Shown: positions 11,230 through 20,969 of the stretch, one piece after another
How positions within the stretch are numbered: the stretch's first letter is position 1
How the letters are laid out: each line of letters starts with the position of its first letter
Origin: an uncultured Actinomycetota bacterium
Lineage (GTDB): Bacteria; Actinomycetota; Actinomycetes; JAHEKZ01
Assembly (NCBI GenBank): GCA_963743915.1
Contig: CAVURN010000005.1
Coordinates: 32,001 to 96,000 of the forward strand
Direction of reading: 5' to 3'
Length of the DNA stretch: 64,000 bases
Notes under the pieces: model-generated
The model's database searches: none
What the model was told of the DNA's origin: nothing
Seen by the model: only the letters and a program-made list of their open reading frames with translations
Position numbers and translations under genes: made by a program

Positions 11230-12972
11230 GTGGAGGATGAGACGCAACCGTGGCTGAGCCTGCCTTGGACCGGGAGTGAGGAGTCGGCCTTGAACCGTGC
11301 CTCAGCGACCATGGTCTCGCAACTGCCGTCGGGTCACTCACGTCGACGACCATCGGGTGCGCCACCTCCGCTTCCCCATCCCCTGGAGCGCTCCGGGAAG
11401 CTCGCGCTTGCCCTGTTGGTCGCCATCTCGGCCGTCTGGGGGGTCGCACTCCTGATCGACCCTATTGAGCGCGCGGCGCTTGGCTTCGAGGGTTCGCTGA
11501 TGGTCTGGGTGGCAGATCATCGATGGGGGCCGCTCACTGCCGTCGTCGATCCCACGTACGACCTTCTCTACACGTGGGCGGTCCCCGCTATCGGGTTCAG
11601 CTCGCTGTTCGTCATCGCCTTCGCCATCCGTCGTATCCGCTTCGGCGTCGCGTTCGTGTTGGCACTGGTCCTCGTCGTCATGTTCGTCTCCCAAGCCCAG
11701 CAGTTCGCGGTGCGTCCCCGCCCCTACGGGATCGAGATTCTCGCGCGGTGGGAGGGGTTCTCCCACCCGCTGCGCAGCGCAGCCATGCTGACGGCGGTCT
11801 GTGTCGCCGCTGTGCTGCTTCTCGCGCCTGTGGGAGAACTGCGACGCCGTGCGACGTATGCGGCCGGAGCCCTCATCGGGTACACGGGACTGTCCGCCGT
11901 GTACCTCGGTTCAGCCCACCCCAGTGATGTCTTCATGGCCGTCGTCATCGCCACCACGATCACGATCCTCGTCGTACGACTCGTGGCACCACCGACCGTC
12001 TTCCCTGTGGTCTACCGGCGAGGAAACGCTGCTCACCTCGACATCACCGGCAACCGAGGGTTGGCCATACGCCGCGGGATCGAGGACCAGCTCGGCTACC
12101 GGGTTCTCGACGTCGAGCCTGTCGGCCTGGCAGGTTCAGCCGGATCGACTCCGCTGAAACTCGAGGTACTCACGACCGACGGAGCCAGCCGAACACTCTT
12201 CGCCAAGCTGTACGAGACCACCCACCTTCGATCTGACCGTTGGTACAAGGTCGGCCGGACCCTGATGTACGGCCAGCTCGAAGATGAACGCAAGTTCGGT
12301 TCTGTCCGGAGACTGGTACAGGCCGAGGACTACCTCGCGTACAAGGTCACTCAGGCAGGCATCCGCACACCGCAGTGTCACGGAATCGTCGAGCTGACGC
12401 CGGAGCGTGAGTACGTCCTGGTCTTCGACTTCCTGGACGGGGCGGTCGAGATGGGTCAAGCGCAGGTCACTGGCGAGCTCATCGACCGCGGCATTCGAAT
12501 CGTGCGTTCACTCTGGGACTACGGCCTGGCGCATCGCGACATCAAACCGGCAAACCTCATGGTCACGGCCGACGGCGATGTCGCCTTGATCGATGTGGCG
12601 TTCGCCCAGGTTCGACCGTCGCCTTGGCGGCAAGCCGTCGACCTGGCCAACATGATGCTCGTGCTGGCACTGCGCAGCGACGCCAGGACGGTCTACCAGC
12701 GAGCGCTCCTGCAGTTCACGGCGGACGACATCGCAGAGGCATTTGCCGCATCGAGGGGCATCACATTGCCTTCACAGGTGCGACGAGAGCTGAAGACAGA
12801 CTCGCGGGACCTGCTGGCGGAGTTTCGGGCCATGGGGCCAGCTCGCAAGCGCGTGGCGATCCAACGGTGGAGTGTTCAACGAGTCCTGTTCACCGCATGG
12901 GTCCTGTTCGTGACCGGGATCGTTGTCGGTCTGAGCTGGGAGTTCCTCCGCATGACCGGGATCGCGCCATGA
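11230..12972 (+). CDS. membrane protein: degenerate PAP2 domain fused to protein-kinase-like domain
   Basis: TM helices, RPRP, YLGSAHPSDV; kinase motifs FAKLY, HRDIKPANLM, IDVAF. Confidence 0.8.
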   Translation: MEDETQPWLSLPWTGSEESALNRASATMVSQLPSGHSRRRPSGAPPPLPHPLERSGKLALALLVAISAVWGVALLIDPIERAALGFEGSLMVWVADHRWGPLTAVVDPTYDLLYTWAVPAIGFSSLFVIAFAIRRIRFGVAFVLALVLVVMFVSQAQQFAVRPRPYGIEILARWEGFSHPLRSAAMLTAVCVAAVLLLAPVGELRRRATYAAGALIGYTGLSAVYLGSAHPSDVFMAVVIATTITILVVRLVAPPTVFPVVYRRGNAAHLDITGNRGLAIRRGIEDQLGYRVLDVEPVGLAGSAGSTPLKLEVLTTDGASRTLFAKLYETTHLRSDRWYKVGRTLMYGQLEDERKFGSVRRLVQAEDYLAYKVTQAGIRTPQCHGIVELTPEREYVLVFDFLDGAVEMGQAQVTGELIDRGIRIVRSLWDYGLAHRDIKPANLMVTADGDVALIDVAFAQVRPSPWRQAVDLANMMLVLALRSDARTVYQRALLQFTADDIAEAFAASRGITLPSQVRRELKTDSRDLLAEFRAMGPARKRVAIQRWSVQRVLFTAWVLFVTGIVVGLSWEFLRMTGIAP

Positions 12973-13523
12973 GGTTCTCGTCAGGGGTCGCGTTGTCGGC
13001 GGTCCTGGCCATCGCCCTCACCGGCTGCAGTGCCGAGCCGCCGAGCCCCGACCTCAAGTGCGCCTCCCGTCCAGCCCAGGTGCTTGCGGCGCAGTCCGTG
13101 CCCCAGGCGGAGTACGTGCCGTGCATCTCGGACATTCAAGCGCCGTGGATGCTGATGTCCACGGACTCTGACCAGGACCGCACGCAGGTCGTGATGCAGT
13201 GGTCGAGCTCCGGCAATGCTGCCGAACGCGCACTGGTCACCCTGCAGGCCACCTGTTCCCCGGGGGAGAGCTCAGTGACCACCACTGGGATGCCCCCCGA
13301 TGTGGGTGTCACCCGCACCGTCAGTGGACGCACCGTGACCACGGTCTACTCCTTCGAGGGCGGCTGTGTGCTCGTGGACCTGACGGGGGGTCGTCAGGAT
13401 GAGGTCGAGCCGCTCACCTCCGATGACTTCACCATCAGGTTCGTCTCGCGCGAAATCCTCGATCAGTACGTGCTCGGGCAGACCAATGATCGGGTGGGAC
13501 TGGATCCGGGAGAGGAGTCGTAG
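12969..13523 (+). CDS. hypothetical lipoprotein
   Basis: Lipobox LTGC; ATGA overlap with upstream gene; four further Cys. Confidence 0.7.
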   Translation: MRFSSGVALSAVLAIALTGCSAEPPSPDLKCASRPAQVLAAQSVPQAEYVPCISDIQAPWMLMSTDSDQDRTQVVMQWSSSGNAAERALVTLQATCSPGESSVTTTGMPPDVGVTRTVSGRTVTTVYSFEGGCVLVDLTGGRQDEVEPLTSDDFTIRFVSREILDQYVLGQTNDRVGLDPGEES

Positions 13524-13528
13524 CAGCC

Positions 13529-14619
13529 GTGCGCTCTCGCCGCTCACAGATCATCCAGGGTGTCATCTCGCTGTTTGTCGTCGTGGCGATCTTCTGGTTC
13601 GTCTTGCCCAAGATCGCCGACTTCGGCGAGGTCTGGCGAACCATCAAGGCAATGACGGGACTGGAGATCGGAGTCCTGGCTGTGGTTGCGGCCTTCAACA
13701 TCTGGACGTACCTGCCGCTGAACATGTCCGTCCTTCCGGGCCTTCGCATGGGTGAGGCATTCGTCGCGAACAACGCATCGACGGCGGTCGCCAACACGCT
13801 CCCAGCGGGCGGAGCTCTGGGTGTTGGAGTGAACTTCGCCTTCTTCCGTTCGTGGGGATTCGAGAATGCCGCCATCACACTGGCGCTGCTCGTGGCCGGA
13901 GTTCTCAACACATTCGTCAAGCTCGGACTGCCGATCGTCGCCCTGACGATTCTTGGCTGTCGGGGGTGATGCGTCGGGCGCCCTGATGACTGCTGCAGTC
14001 GTCGGGCTGCTCATTCTCGTTGTGGCCGTGACCCTCTTTGCGGCGATGCTCAAGACCGATGCCTTGGCCAGACGAGTCGGTGACGGCCTGGGGGCTTGCA
14101 TGAACTTCGGGCGCCGGCTGATACGACGTCCGCCGGTCACCGGCTCTGGCCAGCGTGCCGTCAACTTCCGTCACGAAGCAGTCGCACTCCTGCGCAAGCG
14201 CGGGTGGTACGCCGCAGGTGCAACCATCCTGAGCCACCTTTCGCTCTACCTGGTGCTTGTCGTGTCACTGCGCCAGGTAGGGGTCTCCGAGGATGAGGTC
14301 AGCTGGGCTGTCGTACTGGCTGCCTTCGCCTTCGGCCGGCTGCTGACGGCCTCTGCCCATCACCCCAGGCGGGCTGGGGGTGATCGAGCTCGGCTATGTC
14401 GTGGCCCTGTCAGTCGGGATGGATGACAGAACGACCGCTCAGATCACAGCCGCAGTCCTGGTGTTCCGAGCCTTGACCTACATCCCACCGATCTTCATCG
14501 GTGCAGGATGCTATGGGTTCTGGCAGCACAACAAGAGCTGGCGCCATCCTGTGGGGAGTCGCCCGTCCCTCGCCACGCCGACGACGGATTCGCCATCGCA
14601 CCGTCCCGCTCCAACCTGA
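13529..14619 (+). CDS. lysylphosphatidylglycerol synthase TM / YbhN flippase-like protein (frameshifted)
   Basis: NTLPAGGALG, ITPGGLGVIE, AAVLVFRALTY; indels near 13955 and 14355. Confidence 0.8.
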
Positions 14620-14666
14620 CGCCGCAGCTTCGGCTGGTCCAGACACACGACGCCGGCCTTGCAGGC

Positions 14667-15357
14667 ATGCGGGCTGACACGATGCTCCAGGGAGGTGGCG
14701 TGGACGAGCTGGAGGGTGATGTTGCCGCCGCCACGGCGATGCGGCCGAACCTTCGGCGCGCCGAGCAGGTGCCCAAGGCACTGGCGGCAGCGACCGTTCT
14801 GGGCCTCACCACGTATCTGACCCTCCAAGGCGTCTCCGATGCGGAGGAGCACGTCTTCGTCCGGCTTCCACGACGTCCCGCGATGGGTCGACCACCTCCT
14901 GTGGCTCCCCATGCAGGCGGGTCGGCCTGGGCACCGGTCGTGGCAGCGGTCATCGGGTGGTACGTCACACGATCCTGGCGACCCACGGTCGGAGCACTGG
15001 TGGTCGGCTGGGGCGGGTGGGTGCTCGCCAAAGGCGTCAAGGTGCTCGTCGGTCGGGGCCGCCCCTGGGAGGAGCTCGGCAAGTGACGTTGTTCGTGCGA
15101 GCGCCCCATCGGAAGGCCTCGGCTTCGTGAGCGGCCACACCACGGTGGCATTCGCCTGCGCTGCCGTGCTCGCCCCCTACCTCAGCCGCAAGTGGCGCGT
15201 GGTGGGTTATGCACTGGCCACTGTCGTGGCGCTTGGCCGCATCGTCGTGGGTGCCCACTTCCCGCTCGACGTCGTGGGAGGCGCCAGTCTCGGGCTGCTG
15301 TTGGCCTACCTGTGGCACCTCTCGGTCGGCATCCGCCAGGACGACGCGGTCCCATGA
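14667..15357 (+). CDS. PAP2 family phosphatase (frameshifted)
   Basis: KVLVGRGRP, FVSGH, GRIVVGAHFPLDV. Confidence 0.8.
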
Positions 15358-16016
15358 CCTCGACCGACCGCGAAGTGGACCCGTACGCCGGGTCCGTGGG
15401 AACGACGCCGCCTCGACCTCGTCGTGCTCGTGGTCGCTGCCGTCACGTCGGCGTGAGCGCCGCCGTCGCTGCCCAAGGCATCTCCTCCCTCGAGGCAGCC
15501 GCCTTCCACGCGATCAACGACCTGCCTGAGACCTTGAGACCACCTCTGTGGCTGGTCCAGTTCCTGGGCGGGCTGCTGGTCCCGGCTGCGGCCGCGATCT
15601 GGCGCTGCCCTGTTCCGAAAGTGGCGCCTCGACACTTGCGCTGCTGCTGCTGATCCCGCTGAAGCTGCTGATCGAGAAGGGGGTGATCAAGGAGCTGGTC
15701 TTCCGCGCACGACCCGCGACGTCGGTCTGCGAGGGAGACCTCAACTGCCTCAACCTCCGCGACGTTCCCGCCAGTCGGGCCCAGCTTCCCCTCAGGGCAC
15801 GTCATCATCGCGTTCGGCATCGGGTGGTTGGTCGCTCCCTACCTCGGCCGCCGGGGGCAGTGGGCAGTACTCGCCCTGTGCCTGCTGGTCGCCTTCTCGC
15901 GGATCTACCTTGGGGCGCACAACCCACTCGATGTCGTGGCCGGGGCCGCGTCAGGCCTCGCCCTGGCGGCGGCGCTCAACCTCGTGCTCGGTGTCCCGAG
16001 ACGCGCTCACGCCTAG
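15354..16016 (+). CDS. PAP2 family phosphatase (frameshifted)
   Basis: KELVFRARP, SFPSGH, SRIYLGAHNPLDV. Confidence 0.8.
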
Positions 16017-16073
16017 CTGAGCCGACCGATGCCCGTGCCATCACGATGGCCATGGTTCTGGCACCATCCCGAC

Positions 16074-16535
16074 ATGAGCCATCAGTTTCAGGTCACCTTC
16101 GATTGCCAAGATCCACGAATGCTGTCGTCGTTCTGGAGAGATGTGCTGGGCTACGTCCACCCACCGCCGCCTGGTGTCGCCCTGCCTGAGGACGCTGACC
16201 CGCTGGCCGCCTGGGAGGAGTTCCTGGCCAGGGTTGGGGTCCCAGAGGATCAGCGCAACACACGATCGGCGATCGAGGATCCAGATGGACGGGGGCCACG
16301 TCTCTTCTTCCAGCAGGTCCCGGAGGGCAAGGTCGCCAAGAATCGCGTCCATCTCGATGTCCGAGTGGCTCCGGGACTTGAGGGAGACGAGCGGATGGCG
16401 GCATTGGAGACCGAGTGCGGGAGGCTCGTCTCGCTGGGGGCGACGCGGGTGCACCGCTACGAGCCTCAGCCGCCCATGAGCGCTGGGCACATCGTGATGA
16501 CCGACCCAGAGAGCAACGAGTTCTGCTTGGACTGA
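16074..16535 (+). CDS. VOC/glyoxalase family protein
   Basis: QVTFDCQDP..LSSFW, FQQVPEGKVAKNRVHLD, DPESNEFC. Confidence 0.9.
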   Translation: MSHQFQVTFDCQDPRMLSSFWRDVLGYVHPPPPGVALPEDADPLAAWEEFLARVGVPEDQRNTRSAIEDPDGRGPRLFFQQVPEGKVAKNRVHLDVRVAPGLEGDERMAALETECGRLVSLGATRVHRYEPQPPMSAGHIVMTDPESNEFCLD

Positions 16536-16554
16536 CGCTCGCGCGTCGAGGCAA

Positions 16555-17115
16555 TCAATCCGCTGCGTTGCCCGGGTGGAGCGTCCCCGTCTCCCTCTCG
16601 GGCACCGCCATCCGATGCGGATCGAGGTCATAGGTCCACGGCAGGCCCGACGCCTTCCAGCCGTTCTTCAGCCGCATCCCGTGGAACACGCTGTCCGGGT
16701 CGTCGACCTTGCTGCCCTCCATCCCGTCGAGGATGTTGTAGGCGTTCGTGAACCCCGCGGACGCCAACTCACTGATCGCTATCGCCGAGCGGCCGCCCGA
16801 ACGGCATGAGACAAGAATCGTGTCTTCATGCGAGAACCGTTCCTCGACAAGCCTGACGAACTCCTGGTTGAGCTCCCACGGGTAGCCCTGCTTGGCGTCG
16901 TCCCAGACGTACGCCATGAACGCAATGGGCACGTTCACAGCCATGGGCGCGTGACCGACGAACACCCACTCCTCAGGCGTCCGCACATCGAGGAGCTTGA
17001 CGCCGTCAGGGTCCTCCTGCCACAGGTCGTATGCCTCCTTCGCGGTGACGTAGAGGCCCAGGGTCGTCTGCCGTGCTTCGGCAACCGGCCGCCCGGCATG
17101 TGTGACCGTCCCCAT
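16555..17115 (-). CDS. rhodanese-like sulfurtransferase
   Basis: LLDVRTPEEW..GH, active-site loop CRSGGRS. Confidence 0.88.
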   Translation of the reverse strand: MGTVTHAGRPVAEARQTTLGLYVTAKEAYDLWQEDPDGVKLLDVRTPEEWVFVGHAPMAVNVPIAFMAYVWDDAKQGYPWELNQEFVRLVEERFSHEDTILVSCRSGGRSAIAISELASAGFTNAYNILDGMEGSKVDDPDSVFHGMRLKNGWKASGLPWTYDLDPHRMAVPERETGTLHPGNAAD

Positions 17116-17129
17116 GTCGTTCCTCCGCC

Positions 17130-18302
17130 CTAGCCCAGCCGCATGGCATCGACCTCGAGCCCGCCGCCGGCTGGCAGCTTGCTCCAGCTGCGTCGCTCCC
17201 ACTCCTCCTTGAGAACCTCGGCCGCCGCCTGCTCCAGGAACTCCGGGCGTGCCCACTCGTCCACATCGAAGTCGTTCTTGACATAGCCATGACTGACCAT
17301 GAAGTCCTTGCCGATCTTGATGCACTCCAGGTTCCGCGCGCTCAGGCTCGGCACCATGTCGACGTCCTTGATGCCCTGGTACGTGTCCTCGGCGTCGAGG
17401 TAGAAGGTCTGCCGATTCAAGATCGCACCGGCCGCCCGCTTGTGCTCGTTCGCCCACCGGCCGACTTTGATCATTGCCTTCATGTAGGCCAGGACGAGTT
17501 CAGGGTGCTCGTCTGCCATCACGTCGCTGCACGTGATGACGGCTGGCGTGTTGGCGACCTGGATGGTCCAGTCGGGATACCGCGACAGGTCCTCGATCAT
17601 CTTGATCCGACCGGTCGCTTCTTGGAGGTGCTGGAAGACCTTGCTTTGCGTGTAGATGGCGTCGACCTTGCCCTCGAGCAGAGCCGTCTCGAGCGGGCGG
17701 AATGCCAAGTCGTGCTTGTGGTCACGTCGCATCCACAGCTCGGACGGGTTGTTCATCTGAACCTGGAGCATCTCCGGCTTGTCATACCAGTCGTCCGGGT
17801 ACGGGAACTCGACCAGCTCGACGTCGTCCATGGTCATGTCGTGCAGACGCAGCATGTTCTCGATGCCCATGTGCTCCTGGATCCGCCACCAGTCGTTCTT
17901 GATGGTGTTCAGGCTCTTGGAGATACCGATCTTCTTGCCCCTCAGGTCCTCCATCCGGAAGATCTCGTCACGGGCACGCACCGCCATGCAGCCGCCCTCG
18001 TGCACCCATGTGGCACCGAGCAGGACCGTGCGTCGGACGTCGGCGCGGACGTGGATCGGTGGGTACAGGCCGCCGAAGCGGATCAGGTTGTCGAGGTTGT
18101 GGATGTAGTGCGGGTACCAGTTGTTCTCCGGCGCATGCCGGAAGTACGCGTACTCGACGCCGATCTTCTTGAACTCTTCGCGGCACCAGCCAAGCTCCTG
18201 GTCCACGTTGTTCGCCGAGACCATCGGACAGTTGGTGAACCACACCTCGTCCCACCGCAGCGGAACGGTCGTCGACACGCGCTCGGTCCCTGCCGTCGTC
18301 AT
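17130..18302 (-). CDS. DszB-like desulfinase (SsuA/SBP fold, no signal peptide)
   Basis: FTNCP, PHY and IRFGGLYPP match the DszB Cys/His/Arg motif pattern; DLRGKKIG, LLEGKVDAIY. Confidence 0.7.
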   Translation of the reverse strand: MTTAGTERVSTTVPLRWDEVWFTNCPMVSANNVDQELGWCREEFKKIGVEYAYFRHAPENNWYPHYIHNLDNLIRFGGLYPPIHVRADVRRTVLLGATWVHEGGCMAVRARDEIFRMEDLRGKKIGISKSLNTIKNDWWRIQEHMGIENMLRLHDMTMDDVELVEFPYPDDWYDKPEMLQVQMNNPSELWMRRDHKHDLAFRPLETALLEGKVDAIYTQSKVFQHLQEATGRIKMIEDLSRYPDWTIQVANTPAVITCSDVMADEHPELVLAYMKAMIKVGRWANEHKRAAGAILNRQTFYLDAEDTYQGIKDVDMVPSLSARNLECIKIGKDFMVSHGYVKNDFDVDEWARPEFLEQAAAEVLKEEWERRSWSKLPAGGGLEVDAMRLG

Positions 18303-18334
18303 GGGATCCTCCACCGTTCCCCGGGGCGAGCAGC

Positions 18335-18360
18335 CTAATGTGCACGCCTGTGCACATTAG
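18335..18360. promoter_or_regulatory. perfect 11-bp inverted repeat CTAATGTGCAC-N4-GTGCACATTAG, probable TetR operator
   Basis: Perfect palindrome about 30 bp upstream of the DszB-like start, next to a TetR gene. Confidence 0.7.
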
Positions 18361-18398
18361 AACATCTAGCTGAAGCCTCAGGGGAAGGTCGAAGGTCC

Positions 18399-19047
18399 CT
18401 ACGTCGCCTCGGCTTCCTCGGGCTGAACCAGGAGGATCGTCGGGCGACGGCCACCGAGTCGCGCCCAGCCGACGCGCAGAGTGCACCAACTCCCCGCGCC
18501 ATTGGTCAATCGAGACGTCCTCAAGCCCAGCGGCGGCGATGAGGTAGTCCTCGAAGACCCGCCAACCCAGAGCCGCAGCAACAATCTGCGCAGCTCGCAG
18601 TCGCGCTGACCGCGCGTCCACCTGATACCCGTCGACCAGCGTCTCAGCCATGGCCGTCACCGGATTGAGCTCGAGGTCGACATGCAGCGGCCGACCGGAG
18701 ATCGTCAGGCTGGCGGCGATCCGGACCCACTGACCCATGACCGTGTCCGCATCGAAGCCCTGTCCTTCCAGAGGGTTCCGCGTCACCGCCTCTGCCAGTC
18801 GTCGCGAGACGTCATCGAACACTCCAACGATGAGAGCCTCACGGTTCCCTACGTAGCGACGGATCAATTCAGTGTGGACATTGGCCTCAGCTGCGACCTC
18901 GCGGAGCGAGACACCATCGACGCCTCTAGTGGCGAAGAGTCGAGTCGCGGCATCGAGCACTGCCCTCCGCGTCTCGGTGACACCAGACGGCTCACCAGGG
19001 GCTCGTCTCGGACCACGGCGTACGCCCTCAGCACTCACGAACAACAT
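18399..19047 (-). CDS. TetR family regulator (3' frameshift)
   Basis: AVLDAATRLFATRGVDGVSLREVA HTH; C-terminus probably continues in another frame to 18399. Confidence 0.82.
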
Positions 19048-19117
19048 CCTGCCCTGGCTCAGCCGAACCCGAAACGGCTCCGGCCCGACTCAAGCCGACA
19101 CCCGCTCCAGGGTCCCA

Positions 19118-20753
19118 TCAACCCATGTCGAGACCTTCGAGTGGCGACGAGGGTTCGATGTCCGGCAACCGGACCATGCGGAAGGCGTTGATGAAGCCAA
19201 GCAGGCACGCCAGCACGGGGACAAGCATCGCCACCTGAAGTGAGATCGCTCGTGCATCGTCGTTGATCGCGAGGACCTCCGCCTGGACGTCAGGCGGTTC
19301 GTCGACGATCAGTGCTCTGGAGCTGAGTGTCACTGACGACCTGGGCGTCATCCTCCATGGCTGTGGCGATCGCGGACTTCTGATCCTCGGGGATCACGGA
19401 GCTGTCGTCCGTGAGTGCCGTGAACGACATCGCCATCACGGCGAGCATCAGACCCCCTGCGAGAGCAAGTCCCAGGGACAGCCCGAAGTTGCCACCCGCG
19501 GAGTTGACGCCGGCAGCCTCACTGGCTCGCTCCTCCTCGATCGGCGCCAGCGTGTAGTTGTTGAGCTGCGACACCAGAAGGCCGAGTCCTGAGCCGGCGA
19601 TGAGCAGAGGCACGAGGAGCACCAGGGCGCCCTGGCTGGCATCGCCCCTCGGGACGACCGGGATCACGAGCACCATCCCCACGAAGCGCAAGCGCGAACC
19701 CGGTTCGCACCATGATGGCCGGCCGCCATCGGCCGGCGCGACGACCGGCTCCCAGCGCGACGAAGAACATGCTCAGCGACAGTGGGGCGATCGCCAGGCC
19801 GGCTTCCAGCGCGTTGTACTCCAACGCGATCTGCAGGTAGATCGGGATGGCGATCATGGCGCCGCCGAGTGAGATCTGCTGGAGCATCTGCTGGGTGATC
19901 CCGATGCGGAAGTTGGGCAATGCTGAAGAGCCCGGGATCGAGCAGGAACGCGCTTGCCCTCCCGTTTGCGCCGCACGAGCCAGCGGGCCAGGCCGAAGAG
20001 CCCGACACCACCGATCAGCAGGAGCGCGAGGACTGCCTCTCCGCCCTCCTGCCACACCAGGATGCCCAACACGACGCCGCCCATACCCACGACGGAGAGC
20101 ACCGCACCGACGCCGTCGACACTTCGATCCCCGGTGTAGGCAACGTCCTTGACAAGTCCGATACCCATCAGCACGACCGCGATGATCACGACCTCGAGCA
20201 GGAAGTTGATGCGCCACGACCATGCGGTGGTGATGACCCCACCGATCAACGGGCCGATGGCAGCAGCAATCGCCATGGAGGCACCGACGAGGGCGTAGAC
20301 CTTGGCTCGGGCAGCGCCCTCGAAGTTGCCGTGGATGAGCGACTGCATCGCGGGCAGGAGCAGCGAAGCACCAAGCCCACCGATGATGGCCCAGAACACG
20401 ATGATCGCCGTCACGCTCTGGGCGAGAGTCATCGCGAGGGCACCGATGGCGTAGGCGAGCAGTCCGATGACGTACGCCCGCTTGCGGCCCATCAAGTCAC
20501 CCATCTTGCTGTTGATGAGGATGAAGGCCGCGGAAACGAGCGCCTCCAATGCAATGGCCGACTGCACGCTGCTGACCGTCGTGTCGAGGCTCTCGGTCAC
20601 CGCCGAGATGGACACGTTCATGATCGTGGTGTCGACGACCAGTACGAACATCGCCATCGCCAGCAGCAGCGGCAACCACCTGCTTGGGGTGGACGCTTGC
20701 TCGGACCCTTCACCATTGGATCCGGCATCACCGATGCTCGCTGAATCACTCAT
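19118..20753 (-). CDS. MFS transporter, DHA2-like (frameshifted)
   Basis: VVDTTIMNVS, GDLMGRKR, IGPLIGG, WRINF; split over several frames. Confidence 0.85.
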
Positions 20754-20783
20754 GGCAGCATCCTGGCACGGCCCCAGTTCCCG

Positions 20784-20837
20784 CTAGACCGCCAGCGGCC
20801 TTCGGCGCGGCGGTTGTACTTCAGATCGCTGGTCGCC
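20784..20837 (+). repeat. degenerate copy of the ALDH gene 3' end (direct repeat of 23997-24049)
   Basis: ctagaccgccagcggccttcggcgcggcggttgtacttcagatcgctggtcgcc versus ctagatcaccagccgccttcagcgcggcggttgtacttcacatcgctgtcgcc. Confidence 0.8.
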
Positions 20838-20969
20838 ACGATCGATCAACGCTGCCCACAGTGGCGAGCTCCCCGTCGGTTCGAAACATCGCGAAATTCG
20901 ATGACCAGGAGGGACCGTCAGTGTCAGCTGACCTGCTTCACGACGCTGCGCAAAGCCGTGTCGGTGTGC

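Noticed and set aside
17968-18398. TetR C-terminal extension overlapping the DszB-like gene
   Set aside because: It reads through the operator and another gene. A frameshift near 18430 gives a normal-length TetR.
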